NCBI GenBank assembly: GCA_038087875.1
Contig: CM075988.1
Coordinates: 3,038,001-3,102,000, forward strand
Source of the DNA: Malacoraja senta
Taxonomy: Eukaryota
Direction: 5' to 3'
DNA length: 64,000 bases
Shown: piece after piece, positions 22,135 through 35,150 of the stretch
Layout: every line of letters begins with the position of its first letter
Position numbering within the stretch: the first letter of the stretch is position 1
Made by a program: the position numbers and the translations under genes
Notes under the pieces: model-generated
Databases searched by the model: none
Seen by the model: the letters and a program-made list of their open reading frames with translations, nothing else
Told to the model about the DNA's origin: nothing

Positions 22135-22428
22135 GAGTTTAGTTGAGAGTTTAGAGATACAGAGCATAACCAGGCCCTTCTGCCCACCAAGTATGGACCG
22201 ACCAACGATCACCCCCGTGCACTTGCTCTATCCTACACACTCGGGACAATTTACAATTTTTACCAAAGCCAATGAACCAACAAACCTGTACGTCTTTGGA
22301 CAACCCAAAACCCACGCAGGTCACGGGGAGAACCTACAAACTCTGTACAGACCACCCGTAGTCAGGATCGAACCCGGGTCTCTGGTCCTGTAAGGCAGCA
22401 ACTCTACCGCTGTGCCACCATGCCACCT
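22135..22428 (-). mobile_element. V-SINE
   Basis: Same family as 5898-6197. Confidence 0.75.
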
Positions 22429-23104
22429 GAGCAAGTAATAGCAGCGCACTTTTGTGGATGGTACGTGCTACAGGTGAGAGTTGTTGGAGCTGAACTCCGA
22501 TCACACTCCTGACTTCTGTTCTGTGGACACTGGTCAAGATATGGGGCATCAGGTGATAAGAATCTTACTGCATTATACCCAGTTTCTAACTAAATCCTGC
22601 ACCCAGAGCATTTATAGATTCACAAAACATTTAGCCAAGGTACCCCATCAACACTGGTCCCACCGGTCCGTGTTTGGCCCTTATCCCCCTAAACTATTCC
22701 TATCCATGTACCTATCCAAATGCCTTTTAAATATTGTTCTAGTACCTGCCTCAGGCAACTCGTTCCGTATACCAACCACTGATATGACTGATCAGTGATG
22801 CTCTGCAGCATGCTGGTAACATCAGTGCGTTTAAATGTTTAGAATAGGTGGTCCTAACTCCCTGCACTCTTATCTCTGTGGCATAAAATTGAATGCGTTC
22901 GGGAAAGCCAAAAGCACATCACCCGTGGTGCTCCTTTATCCAATTCTATTTGGCAAGAGTAGATGGAAAAGACAAGTGTAACTTGAGCCCTTGTGCCTGC
23001 TCTAACTCTCCTTGCACAGCTATTGCTCATAGTCCCACAAATTGTTTTCAGCCCCCCCCCCCATATTAAATATCTTTCATCAGAACAGTACTAGCAAAGA
23101 AATG

Positions 23105-23407
23105 AGCGGCACGGTGGCACAACGGCGGAGTTGCTGCCTTACAGTGCCAGAGATCCATGTTCGATCCTGACCATGGGTGCTGTCTGTACGGAGTTTGTAC
23201 GTTCTCCCCGTGACCATCTGGGTTTTCTCCGGGAGTACTGGTTTCCTTACGTACTCCAAAGACGTACAGATTTGTAGGTTATTGGCTTGGTAATTGGTAA
23301 ATTGTCCCTAGTGTGTGTAGGATAGTGTTAGTGTTGGGGGATCGCAAGTCGGCGCGGACTTGGTGGGCCAAAGGGCCTGTTTCCACACTATCTCTAAGCT
23401 AAACTAA
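23105..23407 (+). mobile_element. V-SINE, full length
   Basis: A box TGGCACAACGG, B box GTTCGATCC, V-domain, CTAAA tail. Confidence 0.8.
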
Positions 23408-23474
23408 GCCAAAGAGTTACACAAGACGCTGGAATCTGGGGCAAAATCAAACTCCTGTAGGGACGTGAGAGTTC

Positions 23475-23697
23475 TGAATCTGGAATTTTTGGCATAGAAG
23501 GCAGTGGAGGCCAATTCACTGGATGTTTTCAAGAGAGGGTTAGATTTAGCTCTTAGCGCTAAAGGAATCAAGGGATATGGGGAAAAAGCAGGAACAGGGT
23601 ACTGATTTTAGATGATCAGTCATGATCATATTGAATGGCGGTGCTGGCTCGAAATGCCAAATGGCCCACTCCTGCACCTATCTTTCTATGTTTCTAT
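23475..23697 (+). mobile_element. CR1 3' fragment
   Basis: CR1 3' UTR ending TTTCTATGTTTCTATG. Confidence 0.8.
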
Positions 23698-23744
23698 GAT
23701 TCAGAGGGTTGAGGAGCAGGTAAGAACGTCAGAATGGAATTGTA

Positions 23745-25010
23745 ATTGATTTTATTGATTATATTAGCCAAGTATGATAACATAACAAGTATGTAAATCA
23801 TATGAGGAATTTGATTTTGCCATACAGTCATACCAAAAATGCAACAAAACACGCAACCATATAAACATTTAACATAAACATCCATCACAGAGGCGCCTCC
23901 ACATTCCCCACTGTGATGGAAGGCAATGAAGTCTTATCTTCTTTCCTCCTTTTTCTCCCGCGGCCGGACAGTTGAACCATCCGCAGTCGGGGCAAATGAC
24001 GCTCCTGCAGACGGCGATCAAAGCTCCTGTGTTGGGGCGATTGAAGCTCCCGCGATCGGGGCGGTCGAGGCTCCTGCGGTTGGAGCTCCCGAAGCTGGTC
24101 CCTAACCAGGGACCATAAGCTCCGCGAAGTTAAAGTCCGCGGGCTCCCGCAGTTGGAGCTTCCGAGATTGATCCCTGGCAAAGGGACCGCCAGCTCCAAG
24201 ATGTTAAATCCGCAGGCTTCCGTGGTTGGAGCTCACAAAGTCGATCCCCAGCAAGAGGCCGCCAACTCCACGATGTGAGGAAGAACATTATAGCCATAGA
24301 GGGAGTGCAGAGAAGGTTCACCAGACTGATTCCTGGGATGTCAGGACTTTCATATGAAGAAAGACTGGATAGACTTGTCTTATACTCGCTAGAATTTAGG
24401 AGATTGAGAGGGGATCTTATAGAAACGTACAAAATTCTTATGGGGTTGGACAGGCTAGATGCAGGAAGATTGTTCCCGATGTTGGGGAAGTCCAGGACAA
24501 GGGGTCACAGCTTAAGGATAAGGGGGAAATCCTTTAAGACCGAGATGAGGAAAAACTTTTTCACACAGAGAGTGGTGAATCTCTGGAACTCTCTGCCACA
24601 GAGGGTAGTTGAGGCCAGTTCATTGGCTATATTTAAGAGGGAGTTAGATGTGGCCCTTGTGGCTAAGGGGATCAGGGGTATGGAGAGAAGGCAGGTACGG
24701 GATACTGAGTTGGATGATCAGCCATGATCATATTGAATGGCGGTGCAGGCTCGAAGGGCCGAATGGCCTACTCCTGCACCTATTTTCTATGTATCTATGT
24801 TAGTCCACAGTGCGGACGGAGATACAATACGGATAAAGTCGCATCTCCGTCGAGGAAAGAGATTAAAACAGTTTACCCCACCTCCCCCCCCCCCCCAATT
24901 TATACAAAGCTAAAGAAACACTAAAACATACATTTAACAACAGACTAAAAACAACAAAGAAGGAAAAAGACGAGACAGACCGTTGGCGAGGCATCCATTG
25001 TTCGGCACCA
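23745..25010 (-). mobile_element. Composite VNTR-containing non-autonomous retroposon (copy A), interrupted by CR1
   Basis: Shares head, hairpins and GC-rich repeats with 37819-38590 and 59335-60222. Confidence 0.65.
24277..24798 (+). mobile_element. Young CR1 3' fragment
   Basis: IIAIEGVQRRFTRLIPGMSGLSYEERL... Nearly identical to 44522-45054. Confidence 0.9.
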
Positions 25011-25237
25011 CCTGGGAGAAGTTAAAGATGTCCATGAATGTTCTTCCAGCTGGCCCGTGCTGCTGGGTCCTTTATCTGAGACAGTTGCTTTTTGCAACAA
25101 TGGCGTGGGTACAGGCGTTCCCAGACTGTCAGGACGGTGATGTCAGTCCATCGACCGTCTGTTCAAAGCGAGCATTCACCTGGTAGGATAGGCTTGTCTT
25201 GCTGCCAGTGATGCTGCCCAACCTCATTTTGTAGTTA

Positions 25238-25450
25238 CGATACACACAAAATGGTGGAGAAACTCAGCAGGTCAGGCAGCATCTCCGGAGAAAAAGGATC
25301 GGTGACGTTTCGGGTCAGGAACCTTCTCTCTCAACTCGAAACATCACCTATCCTTTTTTCAGCAGAGGTGCTGACTGACCTGGTGTGTTACTCCAGTACT
25401 TTGTGTCTGTCTTTGAAATATACCAGCATCTGCAGTTCTTTGTTTCTACT
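25238..25450. mobile_element. Inverted pair of Penelope-derived terminal repeats
   Basis: Two opposite-orientation copies of the GAAACGTCACC...GATGCTGCC...TACTCCAG repeat. Confidence 0.65.
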
Positions 25451-27039
25451 TCCTCACATTGAACCTGCCTGACCCGCTGAATGTTTTCAGATCTTATATT
25501 TTGCCCTTTGCACTCTCCCAGTTTCATTGTATGAAACTGTCCAGACTCCTCTTGCTGTGTGTGCATCAATAAAAAAGTTAATTTTAAGTTCACTTCATGG
25601 TATCTAAAGCTTCAATGCCTTTAATTCTGTTACCGTCTTTGTTAATGTCAGGGTGGTCGAAACCCCCTGTTATTATTGGAGATTAATTATTCTCAGAAAC
25701 TTCCCAACATGCTCATTTATTTCCTCTGGTTGTTTGGGGCTATTGTAGTGTCGGTAGTGGAACACTTAAGGGATTAGTAACCATAATTCTATGGAAAATA
25801 ATAGACTGGTCCATGAATCAAAGTCCTAAATTGGTATAAAGCCAATTCTGAAGGGCTTCGACAGGAACTTGCAGAGATTTGATTGGGAGATGCTGTTTAC
25901 AGGTAAAGAAAGGGACGTCAGGACGTTGGAGGCTTTTAAAGGTGGGATTGTGGAGAGTTCATCAACAGCATATTCCTGTTAGAATGAAGGGTGAGGCTGG
26001 CAGGTTCAGGGAACCTTGGCTGAAGGAAGGATATTGAGGCCCCAGTCAGGTAAAAAAACGAGGCTTGATTCAGGTATAGGCAGCTGGGATGAAGTTAATC
26101 CTTTGAGAGTTATAAGACCTGAAGTACCACGGTTCATGGTCGGTGGACCTCACCCAGAAAGCATGTCCAGGAGGGAGCTGACCAATGAGCCTTCCGGGTG
26201 AGTTCCACCGACCGATTAACAGCGGCACCTCAGGTGCAAGAGGAGCAAGGGCCAGTAAGAGGGTGAACCAGGGTAATGCCTCCAGTGCTCTCAAGGTTGG
26301 CTGCAGGAGGTGCCCCCGGGACACAAATTCAGCCGGGCAAGGAGAGGAGAGGGATGTCGGTTTGCGGGAACTGCTTCAGTGCATCGAGAGCACGGGCTGA
26401 CCGGACTTTGAATGATGGCACCAATAATGTCGGCGCCCACATGTGTAATATATGCAAAGAGAATTTCACTGTGCAGTTGCATATGTGACAAATAAAGCTC
26501 CATTGAAATGTAGGCGTCCCCTTAGGGAATTTAAGAGGACATGGAACAGCTCTGGCAGACATGATAATGGAAAATCAAAAGCGATTCTGCAGGCGTATTA
26601 AGAACAAAAGGGTAACAATGGTGAGAATAAAGAATGTCCCCTTAAGGATTAACATGTTATCCTGTCATGTCACAGGAGATGAGACAGGTGTTAAATGAAT
26701 ACTGCTCATCCGTATTTACCAAGGAGATGGTAATGGTAGCAAAGGAGCTGAGGGAAATCAGTAGTGATGTGTTGGACCAGATCCAACTGACAAAAGAACA
26801 GGTGCATGTAGTCTTAAAGAATATTACTGAGGATAAATGACCCTCCCCACCCTAATTCATGTCCCTCAATGCCTTCTACCCATTCCTCTCATTCTACATT
26901 TCACGTTCCACCTTCCTTCCTTATCAGATTCCACCATTTGGAATCTTTTGCATTCTCCACATCACCAACAACCTTGGTTACATTCTCCCACATCTCCCAA
27001 TCAACCCCTCATTTCCTGGATCTACCTATTACTCAGAAT

Positions 27040-28678
27040 TAACGGGACAGAAAGCTCACAAAGGGATAGGAGAGTATGGCCAAGTGAAATAGGAATTGAT
27101 GTGAAAGGTGAGGTCAGTAATGGATTAAATGTATTATATATGAATGTGCAAAGTATAAGAAGTAAAGTGGATGAGCTTGAGGCTCAGTTAGAGATTGGTA
27201 GATATGGCATTGTGGGGATTACAGAGACATGGTTGCAGGAGGATCGGGGCTGGGAATTGAATATTCAGGGGTCTAGTCCTAAGATCAAGGGGGAACCTGT
27301 GGAAAATGCCACAAGATTTACCTATCTTGGCAGCATGTTCACAGTAGGAGATGTGGAGGTCGACATCAACTCCCGAATTGGTAAAGCTGCATCAGTCTTC
27401 AGACGAATGCAGCCAATATGGTCTAGCGGCAGCATATCCAAGATGCTAAAAGTCAAGCTCTTCCAGTCTGTAGTATTCCCTACAGCCCTCAATGCCAGTG
27501 AGACATGGAAAATCAATGTGAAGATGAAAAAGGAATTGAATGCATTCCAACAACGCTGCTTGAGGAACATCCTGAAGACTAGCTACACAGAGACCACATC
27601 ACAAATGAGGAGATCCACCATAAAACGGCAACAAAGCCTCTCAGCCAGGACATAGAGGGATGCAGGGTGAAATTTGCAGGACATGTACTCAGAATGTCAC
27701 CAGAACGTGCACCTAAGAGAGCAATGACATGGCAACCTGACGGAAGAAGGAAAAGAGGCTGACCAAAACTCACCCTGCAACCTCCTAGCAGATGACACAA
27801 AGCTGGGTGGCAGTGTGAACTGCGAAGAGGATGCTAGGAGGTTGCAGGGTGACTTTGTCAGGTTGAGTGAGATTCATGGCAGATACAGTATAATGTAGAT
27901 AAATGTGAGGGTATCCACTTTGGCGGCAAGAACAAGGAGGCAGATTATTATCTCAATGGTGTCAGATTAGGAAAAAGGGAAGTGCAACGAGACCTGGGTG
28001 TCCTTGTACACCAGTCACAAAGTAAACATGCAGGTACAGCAGGCAGTGAAGAAAGCTATTGGCATGTCGGCCTTCATAACGAGAGGATTTGAGTATATGA
28101 GTAAAGAGGTCCTTATGCAGTTGTATAGGGCCCTGGTGAGACCACATCTGGAGTATTGTGTGCTGTTTTGGTCTCCTAATTTGAGGAAGGACATCCTTGC
28201 TATTGAGGGAGTGCAGCGTAGGTTCACGAGGTTAATCTCATATGAGGAAATATTGGAAAGACTGGGCTTTATTCACTGGAATTTAGAAGGATGAGAGGGA
28301 ACCTTATAGAAACATATAAAATTATAAAAGGACTGGACAAGCGAGATGCAGGAAAACTGCTCCCAATGTTGGTGGAGTCCAGAACCAGGGGCCACAGTCT
28401 AAGAATAAAGGGGAGGCCATTTAAAACTGAGATGAGAAAAAACGTTTTCATCCAGAAAGTTGTGAATTTGTGGAATTCTCTGCCACAGAAGGCAGTGGAG
28501 GCCAATCACTGGATGAATTTAAAAGAGAGATAGAGCTCTTGGGGCTAGCGGAATCAAGGGATATGGGGAGAGGGCAGGCACGGGTTACTGATTGTGGGTG
28601 ATCAGCCATGATCACAATGAATGGCAGTGCTGGCTCGAATGGCTGAATGGCCTCCTGCACCTATTTTCTATGTTTCGA
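27040..28678 (+). mobile_element. CR1 with its central region replaced by an RTE fragment
   Basis: CR1 EN (YMNVQSIRSK, ITETWLQ) runs to about 27270. CR1 RT and 3' end resume at about 27788 (ADDTKL) and run to the tail. Confidence 0.8.
27285..27775 (+). mobile_element. RTE-clade LINE ORF C-terminal fragment
   Basis: FTYLGS...DINSRIGKAASVF...IW...KVKLFQSVV.PT..ASETW...LNAFQQRCLRNIL. Confidence 0.75.
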
Positions 28679-29099
28679 TGAGAGGCAGAGATAAGGTGAG
28701 GCAGGATAGAGGAGTCCAGAATAAGAGGGTGTAAGTTTAAGTTGAGGGAGGAATGTATTTAAATGAGACCCTTGTGCAAAGAGAAGGGGGTGCCTTTAGG
28801 GAATAAGCTGCTGGAAGAAGCTGTAAAAGTGGGTACAGTGGTCACATAGGAAGGAAAGGTTTAGTGGGATATGGGCCTAACACAGGCAAAATGGACTAGC
28901 TCGGTTATAAGACTTGGTTGCCATGGATAGGTTGGGTCAAAAGTCTACTTGAGTGCAGAGAAGATTTACAAGGATGGTTTTTTTCCTGGTCCCCTTATTC
29001 CAATCAGTCTGAAAATGGTCCTGACCTGAAATGTCACTTTCAATTTAGTTATGTTTATTGTCACATGTACTAAGGTACAGTGAAAACCTATCCATGTGT

Positions 29100-29318
29100 A
29101 AGAAGGAACTTCAGAAGCTGGTTTACACCGAAGATGGACACAAAATGCTGGAGTAACTCAGTGGGTCAGGCAGAAAAGGAATAGGTGACGTATAGGGCAA
29201 AACCCTTCTTCAGGACGTTTCGGGTTGAGAACTTATCCATGGAGCTGGCTGACCCACTGAGTTACTCCAGCATTTTGTGTCTATCTATGGTGTAAACCAG
29301 CATCTGCAGTTCCTTTTT
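29100..29318. mobile_element. Inverted pair of Penelope-derived terminal repeats
   Basis: Arms ACACAAAATGCTGGAGTAACTCAGTGGGTCAG and CTGACCCACTGAGTTACTCCAGCATTTTGTGT. Confidence 0.7.
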
Positions 29319-29324
29319 ATTACA

Positions 29325-29780
29325 TTTACGAGAATGTTGCCAAGACACGAGGGCCTGAGCTATGGAGAGAGATTGCGCTGGCTAGGAATTTATTTCTTGG
29401 AGCGCGGGAGGCTGAGGTGGTGATCTTAAAGAGGTATATGAAATCATGAGGAATTAAAAGGTTGAATGCACAGTCTGTTACTCAGGGTATGGGAATCAAG
29501 AACCAGAGGACATGGGTTTAAAGTGGGAGGGGAAAGCTTTAACAGGAACCAGAGGGGCAACGTTTTCACTCAGTGGATATTAGATTCGTGAACGGTGCTG
29601 TGAGAGAAGGTAGCTGAAGCAGGTACAATAACAATATTTAAAGGACACTTGGTCATACACATGGTTAGGAAGAGGGTTAGAGGGATATGGGCCAAATGTA
29701 GGCAAATGGGATTAATTTAGCTGGGACATCTTGGTCAGCATAGACAAGTGGGACAAATGCCTGTTTCTGTGCTGTATGAA
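29325..29780 (+). mobile_element. Old CR1 3' fragment
   Basis: Degenerate CR1 C-terminus and 3' UTR (AGAACCAGAGGACAT..., GGATATGGGCCAAATG). Confidence 0.65.
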
Positions 29781-30496
29781 ACTATACACTCCCAGGAAAA
29801 CAATTTCCCTGCTAGGCCTACCAGTTACGTCATTTCATACTGCATATATTTCTACATGGTGTCTGACCACCAATCCACCACACAAACCTGATTTTACTCA
29901 AAAATTGCTTCATTAAATGTGTTGGCCTGGAGTTAAACTAAACACACTGACCCTCCATCCACTCTATAATGACACAGCCCTTGAAATTATGATTTAGAGT
30001 TAGTCATGATCTGCTTTCTGCTTTTACCTCTGGGATGAATTGGCTCAAGCATTCAAGGCTAATGTTTAGATTTCAAAAATAAATAAAATATTCTTATGTA
30101 TTCCTGTCATAATGCAGCAAATCTCATCCAGATGGAGATAGCCGGGTTCTGACATAATGTTCTCATGGGAAAAGCTGCTCTTTTCTGGACAACATTGCTG
30201 CTTGTGGACTCCAGGTGTTTGGCATCAGACTGCAGCCATTGTGCATAGATGGAAGTCTAGCTGCCTGGAAGAGAAATATGCATTTGAATCGAAGCACTGT
30301 TCGATGATTAGTATTGATGCTAACCCAGACAATATATTTTGATTATCCAAATAGCTTGAGGCTCCTTGCTGGGATAGTGTAAGGTATTCTCTAATACTCG
30401 ACTCAAGTGGCAATGTTAAGAATCTAGTGTTATTATATGTCCCAGATAAAACAATGGAATTCTTACTTGCAGCAGCACTACAAAATATATAAACAG

Positions 30497-32388
30497 CAGG
30501 CACATGCCATCAGGGTAGGTAAGGTAGGCACTGCCTACCCAGACTAAAATTATAAAATGGTAATTATTAAATATAAATAGTAAAGGCAAAGGGAGAATTA
30601 TGCCTACCTAAGAGATCGATATGTGCAGCTCACGTGTAGTTGACACAGCTTCAAGCCTTCAATGACAAGGGGAGCTGAAGGCAGCTGAAATTCTTTGTTT
30701 GCACCGTGGACTGCGTACTGCACATGCGCAGCAGCCTACTGCGCATGCGCATCATAAGTTTCTTGGCAGGTTTTTCAAACATAGATCTTAAGAGTATCTT
30801 GAGAAACCATTATCTTAAGAGTATCTTGAGAAACAAAGAGAGAAGAATGGAGTTTGTGTACAAATAATGTGGTAAGTAAATTTCTTTGAGCAAAATGTTT
30901 TTAAATATCGTATTTCCCGGCAATGAAGATGCTATTTTTTACCCAAAAATAAGACACGGAAATTTACCTGCGTCTTGGAGGCCGAAGGTTAGGTTCTTAG
31001 CCAAGAAAGATAGACTTGGCTATCCCTCAGTACAGCAACATCAAGAACGTGTGGGTAGTCTTGCCAGGGGTAAAGTTGCGGGGAGGGCAGGAGCGTTGAG
31101 AAGGAGGGGGTCGGCGATCATGCCAGAAACTCACTCACGCTCCGGGCACGGAGCCACCGCATTGTGGCCGGGGAGGGAAGTAGCTCGGGTGGCTGCAAGT
31201 GGCTGCCGGGACTGGACAGCGGCTTCGTGGCAGCCGCTTTCTGCAAATCCTTAAATTCCGACTGCCGCCGGGGAGCAGGACATGGCCTCACTTGCTGCGC
31301 TGGGTGACACTGCATGGTATTCACTGCCCGGTGGAGCTTTCTCCTGTGTCAGCGCGAGGAAACTCAATTGGTCCCTTGATCGTGCTGACACGGGAGTAAG
31401 CTCCACCGCCCGCTGTCCTGTTATCCATCGCCTGCTGACCCGCACTTGTCTGGTCTCCATCATTGTCCGGTCTCCATCACTGTCGCTGTCAATTGAAAGA
31501 CACGGACCGGGCAGTGAATGCCATGCAGTGTCATCCAGCACAACAAGTGAGGCCATGTTCTGCTCCCGGCGGCAGTCGGAATTTAGGGATTTGCGGGAAG
31601 CAGCTGACATGAGCGAGGCCGGTGAGCGGCAGGTGAGAGATGTTCAGACGGAGAGCAATGCCAGAGGTGAACGAGGCCGGCGAGAGATGTTCAGATGGAG
31701 AGCACTGCCAGAGGTGAGGGGCCGGCAGAAGGTGCTTAGGTGGCAGCCAGTTCCGCTGTCCGGTCCTGGCGGCCGCTCGCATCCACCCGAGCTACTTCCC
31801 TCCCCGGCCACAATGCGGTGCCTCCGTACCCGGAGCGCCGCGGCAGCGGTGAGTGAGTGAGTTACTGGCATGATCCCCGACCCCCACCTTCACAACGCTC
31901 CTGCCCTTCCCGCAACTTTACCCCTGGCCAGACTCCCCACACGCTGTGAAAGTAACTCTCCCCCCAATTGGTCCCTTGAACTAGTATTGTCATTCAATAA
32001 GATCACAACTGATTCAACTTGTCCCGGTGTGCTCCCGTTTTTCCCACCATCTCTCCGCCTGCTGTCACCCTCCACCCCCCACCCATTCAGTAATTCAGAA
32101 TGAAGGAGATTTGGAAGCCTTGGGCAAATTGAATTGTTACTTTCTTTATTTTTATTTTTTATCTTTTTGAGCGTGAGAAATTCTATGTCCCGCCAGCCTT
32201 CTTTCAAAATTTAGCAACTCAAAATGGGGGTGCGTCTTCGTCGCAGGTGCATCTTCATTGCCGGGAAATACGGTACTTTATTAAGAGATATGGCTTTTGA
32301 AGACTTTATAAAAGTCGACCGACAGATAACAATTTTTTAAATGCCGACTGACTGCCTACCATGAGTAATTACTCACTGCATGTGCATG
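30497..32388. mobile_element. Non-autonomous hAT-like element with 8-bp TSD
   Basis: TSD ATAAACAG at 30489-30496 and 32389-32396. TIRs CAGGCACATGC / GCATGTGCATG. Subterminal TGCCTACC motifs. Confidence 0.8.
30908..32273. mobile_element. Nested non-autonomous Tc1/mariner-superfamily (CCGTA-type TIR) element
   Basis: TIRs (T/C)CGTATTTCCCGGCAATGAAGATGC and its reverse complement, flanked by TA. Internal long inverted repeats. Confidence 0.8.
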
Positions 32389-32436
32389 ATAAACAGTAAT
32401 TTGTAAATAATATAATAACTGAGGAGAAAAGGTTCT

Positions 32437-32467
32437 GTGTGTGTGTATATATGTATGTGTATATATG

Positions 32468-32520
<53 letters not shown>

Positions 32521-32535
32521 ATATATATATATGTA

Positions 32536-32579
<44 letters not shown>

Positions 32580-32593
32580 CATACACACACACA
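32437..32593. repeat. Compound (TG)/(TA)/(TC)/(CA) microsatellite
   Basis: Read directly from the sequence; abuts the Tc1 left end. Confidence 0.97.
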
Positions 32594-34205
32594 CAGTACC
32601 CTCTATAATGTTTGGGACAAAGACCCATCATTAATTTATTTGCCTCTGCACTCCACAATTTGATATTTGTAATAGAAAAAATCACATGTGGTCAAAGGCC
32701 ATTTTTATATATTTTGATTTCATCATGTAGAAATTACAGCAGTGTTTATATGTCGTCCCCCCATTTCAGGGCAACATAATGTTTGGGACATGGCTTTCCA
32801 TGTGTTTGTAATTGCTCAGGTGTGTAATACTTGCCTCCTTAATGCAGGTACAAGAGAGCTCTCAGCACCGAGTCTTTCCTCCAGTCCTTCCATCACCTTT
32901 GGAAACTTTTTTTATTGCTGTTTATCAACATGAGGACCAAAGTTGTGCCAATGAAAGAAGCCATTATGAGACTGAGAAACAAGAATAAAACTGTTGGAGA
33001 CATCATCCAAACCTTAGGCTCACCAAAATCAACTGTTTCGAACATCATTAAGAAGAAAGAGAGCACTGGTGAGCTTACTATTCGCAAAGAGACTGGCAGG
33101 CCAAGGAAGACCTCCACAGCTGATGATAGAAGAATTCTATCTATAATGAAGAAAAATCCCCGAACACCTGTCTGACAGGTCAGAAACCCTCTTCAGAAAT
33201 CAGGTGTGGATTTGTCAATAACCACTGTCCGCAGAAGACTTCATGAACAGAAATACAAAGGCTACCACTGCTCAGATGCAAAGATGCAAACCACTGCTCA
33301 GCTGCAAAAATAGGATGGCCGGGTTACAGTTTGCCAACTAGTAATTAAAAGAGCAACCACAGTTTTGGAAAAAGGCCTTGTGGACAGATGAGATGAAGAT
33401 TAACTTATATCAGAGTGATGGCAAGAGCAAAGTATGGAGGAGACAAGGAACTGCCCAAGATCCAAAGCATACCACCTCATCTGTGAAACACACTGGTGAG
33501 GTTGTTATGGCCTGGGCATGTATGGCTGCTGAATGTACTGGCTCACTTATCTTCATTGATGATACAACTGCTGATGGTAGTAGCATAATGAATTCTGAAG
33601 TGTATAGACACATTCTATCTGCTCAAGTTCAAACAAATGCCTAAAAACTCATTGGCCAGCGGTTCATTCTACAGCAAGACAATGATCCTAAACATACTGC
33701 TGAAACAACAAAGGAGTTTTGCAAAACTAAAAAATTGTAAATTCTTGAGTGGCCAAGTCAATCACTCGATCTGAACCCAATTGAGCATGCCTTTTATATG
33801 CTGAAGAGAAAACTGAAGGGGCCTACCCCCCAAAGCAAGCATAGGCTAAAGCTGCCTGCAATACAGTCCTGGCAGAGCATCACCAGAGAAGACACCCAGC
33901 AATTGGTGATGTCCATGAATCGCAGACATGAAGCAGTCATTGCATGCAAAGGATATGCAACAAAATACTAAACATGACTACTTTCATTTACATTACATTG
34001 CTGTGTCCCAAACCTTATGGTGTGCTGAAATGGGGGGGGGGGGGAACTGTATAAACACAGCTGTAATTTCTACATGGTGAAACCAAAATGTATAAAAATG
34101 GCCTTTGTTAAAATCTGACAATGTGCACTTTAACCACATGTAATTTTATTCTATTACAAATCTTAAATTGTTGAGTCTTTGTCCCAAACATTATGGAGGG
34201 CACTG
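32594..34205 (+). mobile_element. Tc1 transposon copy 1 (defective)
   Basis: TIRs CAGTACCCTCTATAATGTTTGGGACAAAGAC / ...GGAGGGCACTG. Transposase remnants GRPRKT, WTDE, QQDNDPKH, DLNPIEH. Stops and frameshifts. Confidence 0.93.
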
Positions 34206-34732
34206 TATATATATATATATATAAAGACACACACACACACACAGACGCAAACAAACAATAATAGTGCAAAAAGACAAAACCAATGAAAGGGTCTCGACCC
34301 AAAACGTCACCCGTTCCGTTGCTACCTGTCCCGCTGAGTTACTCCAGCACTTTGCATCTAACCCCAAGTCTATGTTGTTCAGAGCTTATTTGGAGCTTGT
34401 GTTTAATAGCCTGACGGCTATAGGGAGTCCATGGGTGAATACAAACAATAATGTCCAAAAAATATGCTGGAAGTTGTCTGGAAACATGCATTTTCCAGCA
34501 GGAGTTGCAAGAGTGGGTAAAGCGGTCAGTCAGGAGATCCGAGAATTTAGAAAAGTGCAGCACAGGAACAGTCCTTTCAGCCCACAATGTCGATGCTGAA
34601 CATGATGCAAAGTTAAAGTAATCGCCTCTGCCTGCATGTGATCAATAAACCTTCAATCCCTGCATATGATGAACTATTTCTCCTTCCTAGCCCAGAGGCT
34701 CAGAGATCAGTGGTTGCACATAGTCCATACAT

Positions 34733-35150
34733 ACACACAAAATGCTGGAGTAACTCGGCGGGCCAGGCAACATCTCAGGAGAAGGAATGGGTGACGTTTC
34801 GGGTCAAGACCCTTCAGACTAGAGTCAGGGGAAAGGGAAACGAGATATAGACGGTGATGTAGAGAGATGTAGAAGATATCAATGAAAGATTTGCATAAAA
34901 GTAACGATTATAAAGGAAACTGGCCATTATTAGCTGTTTGCTTGGTGTGAACGAGAAGCTGGTGTGACTTGGGTGGGGGCGGGATGGAGAGAGGGAATGC
35001 AGGGGTTACTTGAAGTAGAGAAATCAATGTTCGTACTACTGGGGTGTAAGCGGCCCAAGCGAAATATGACATGCTATTCCTCCAATTTGTGTTTAGCCTC
35101 ACTCTGACAATGGAGGAGGTCTAGGACAGAAAGGTCAGTGTGGGAAGGGG
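34733..35150 (-). mobile_element. Penelope-like 3' fragment
   Basis: Reverse-strand KLEE.HVIFRLG region plus terminal repeat with a degenerate hammerhead. Confidence 0.7.

Noticed and set aside
23105..23180. tRNA gene suggested by A/B boxes (also at other SINE heads)
   Set aside because: These are heads of multi-copy V-SINEs and no complete cloverleaf is evident.
32369..32663. YI/CV-repeat ORFs
   Set aside because: Translations of a microsatellite.
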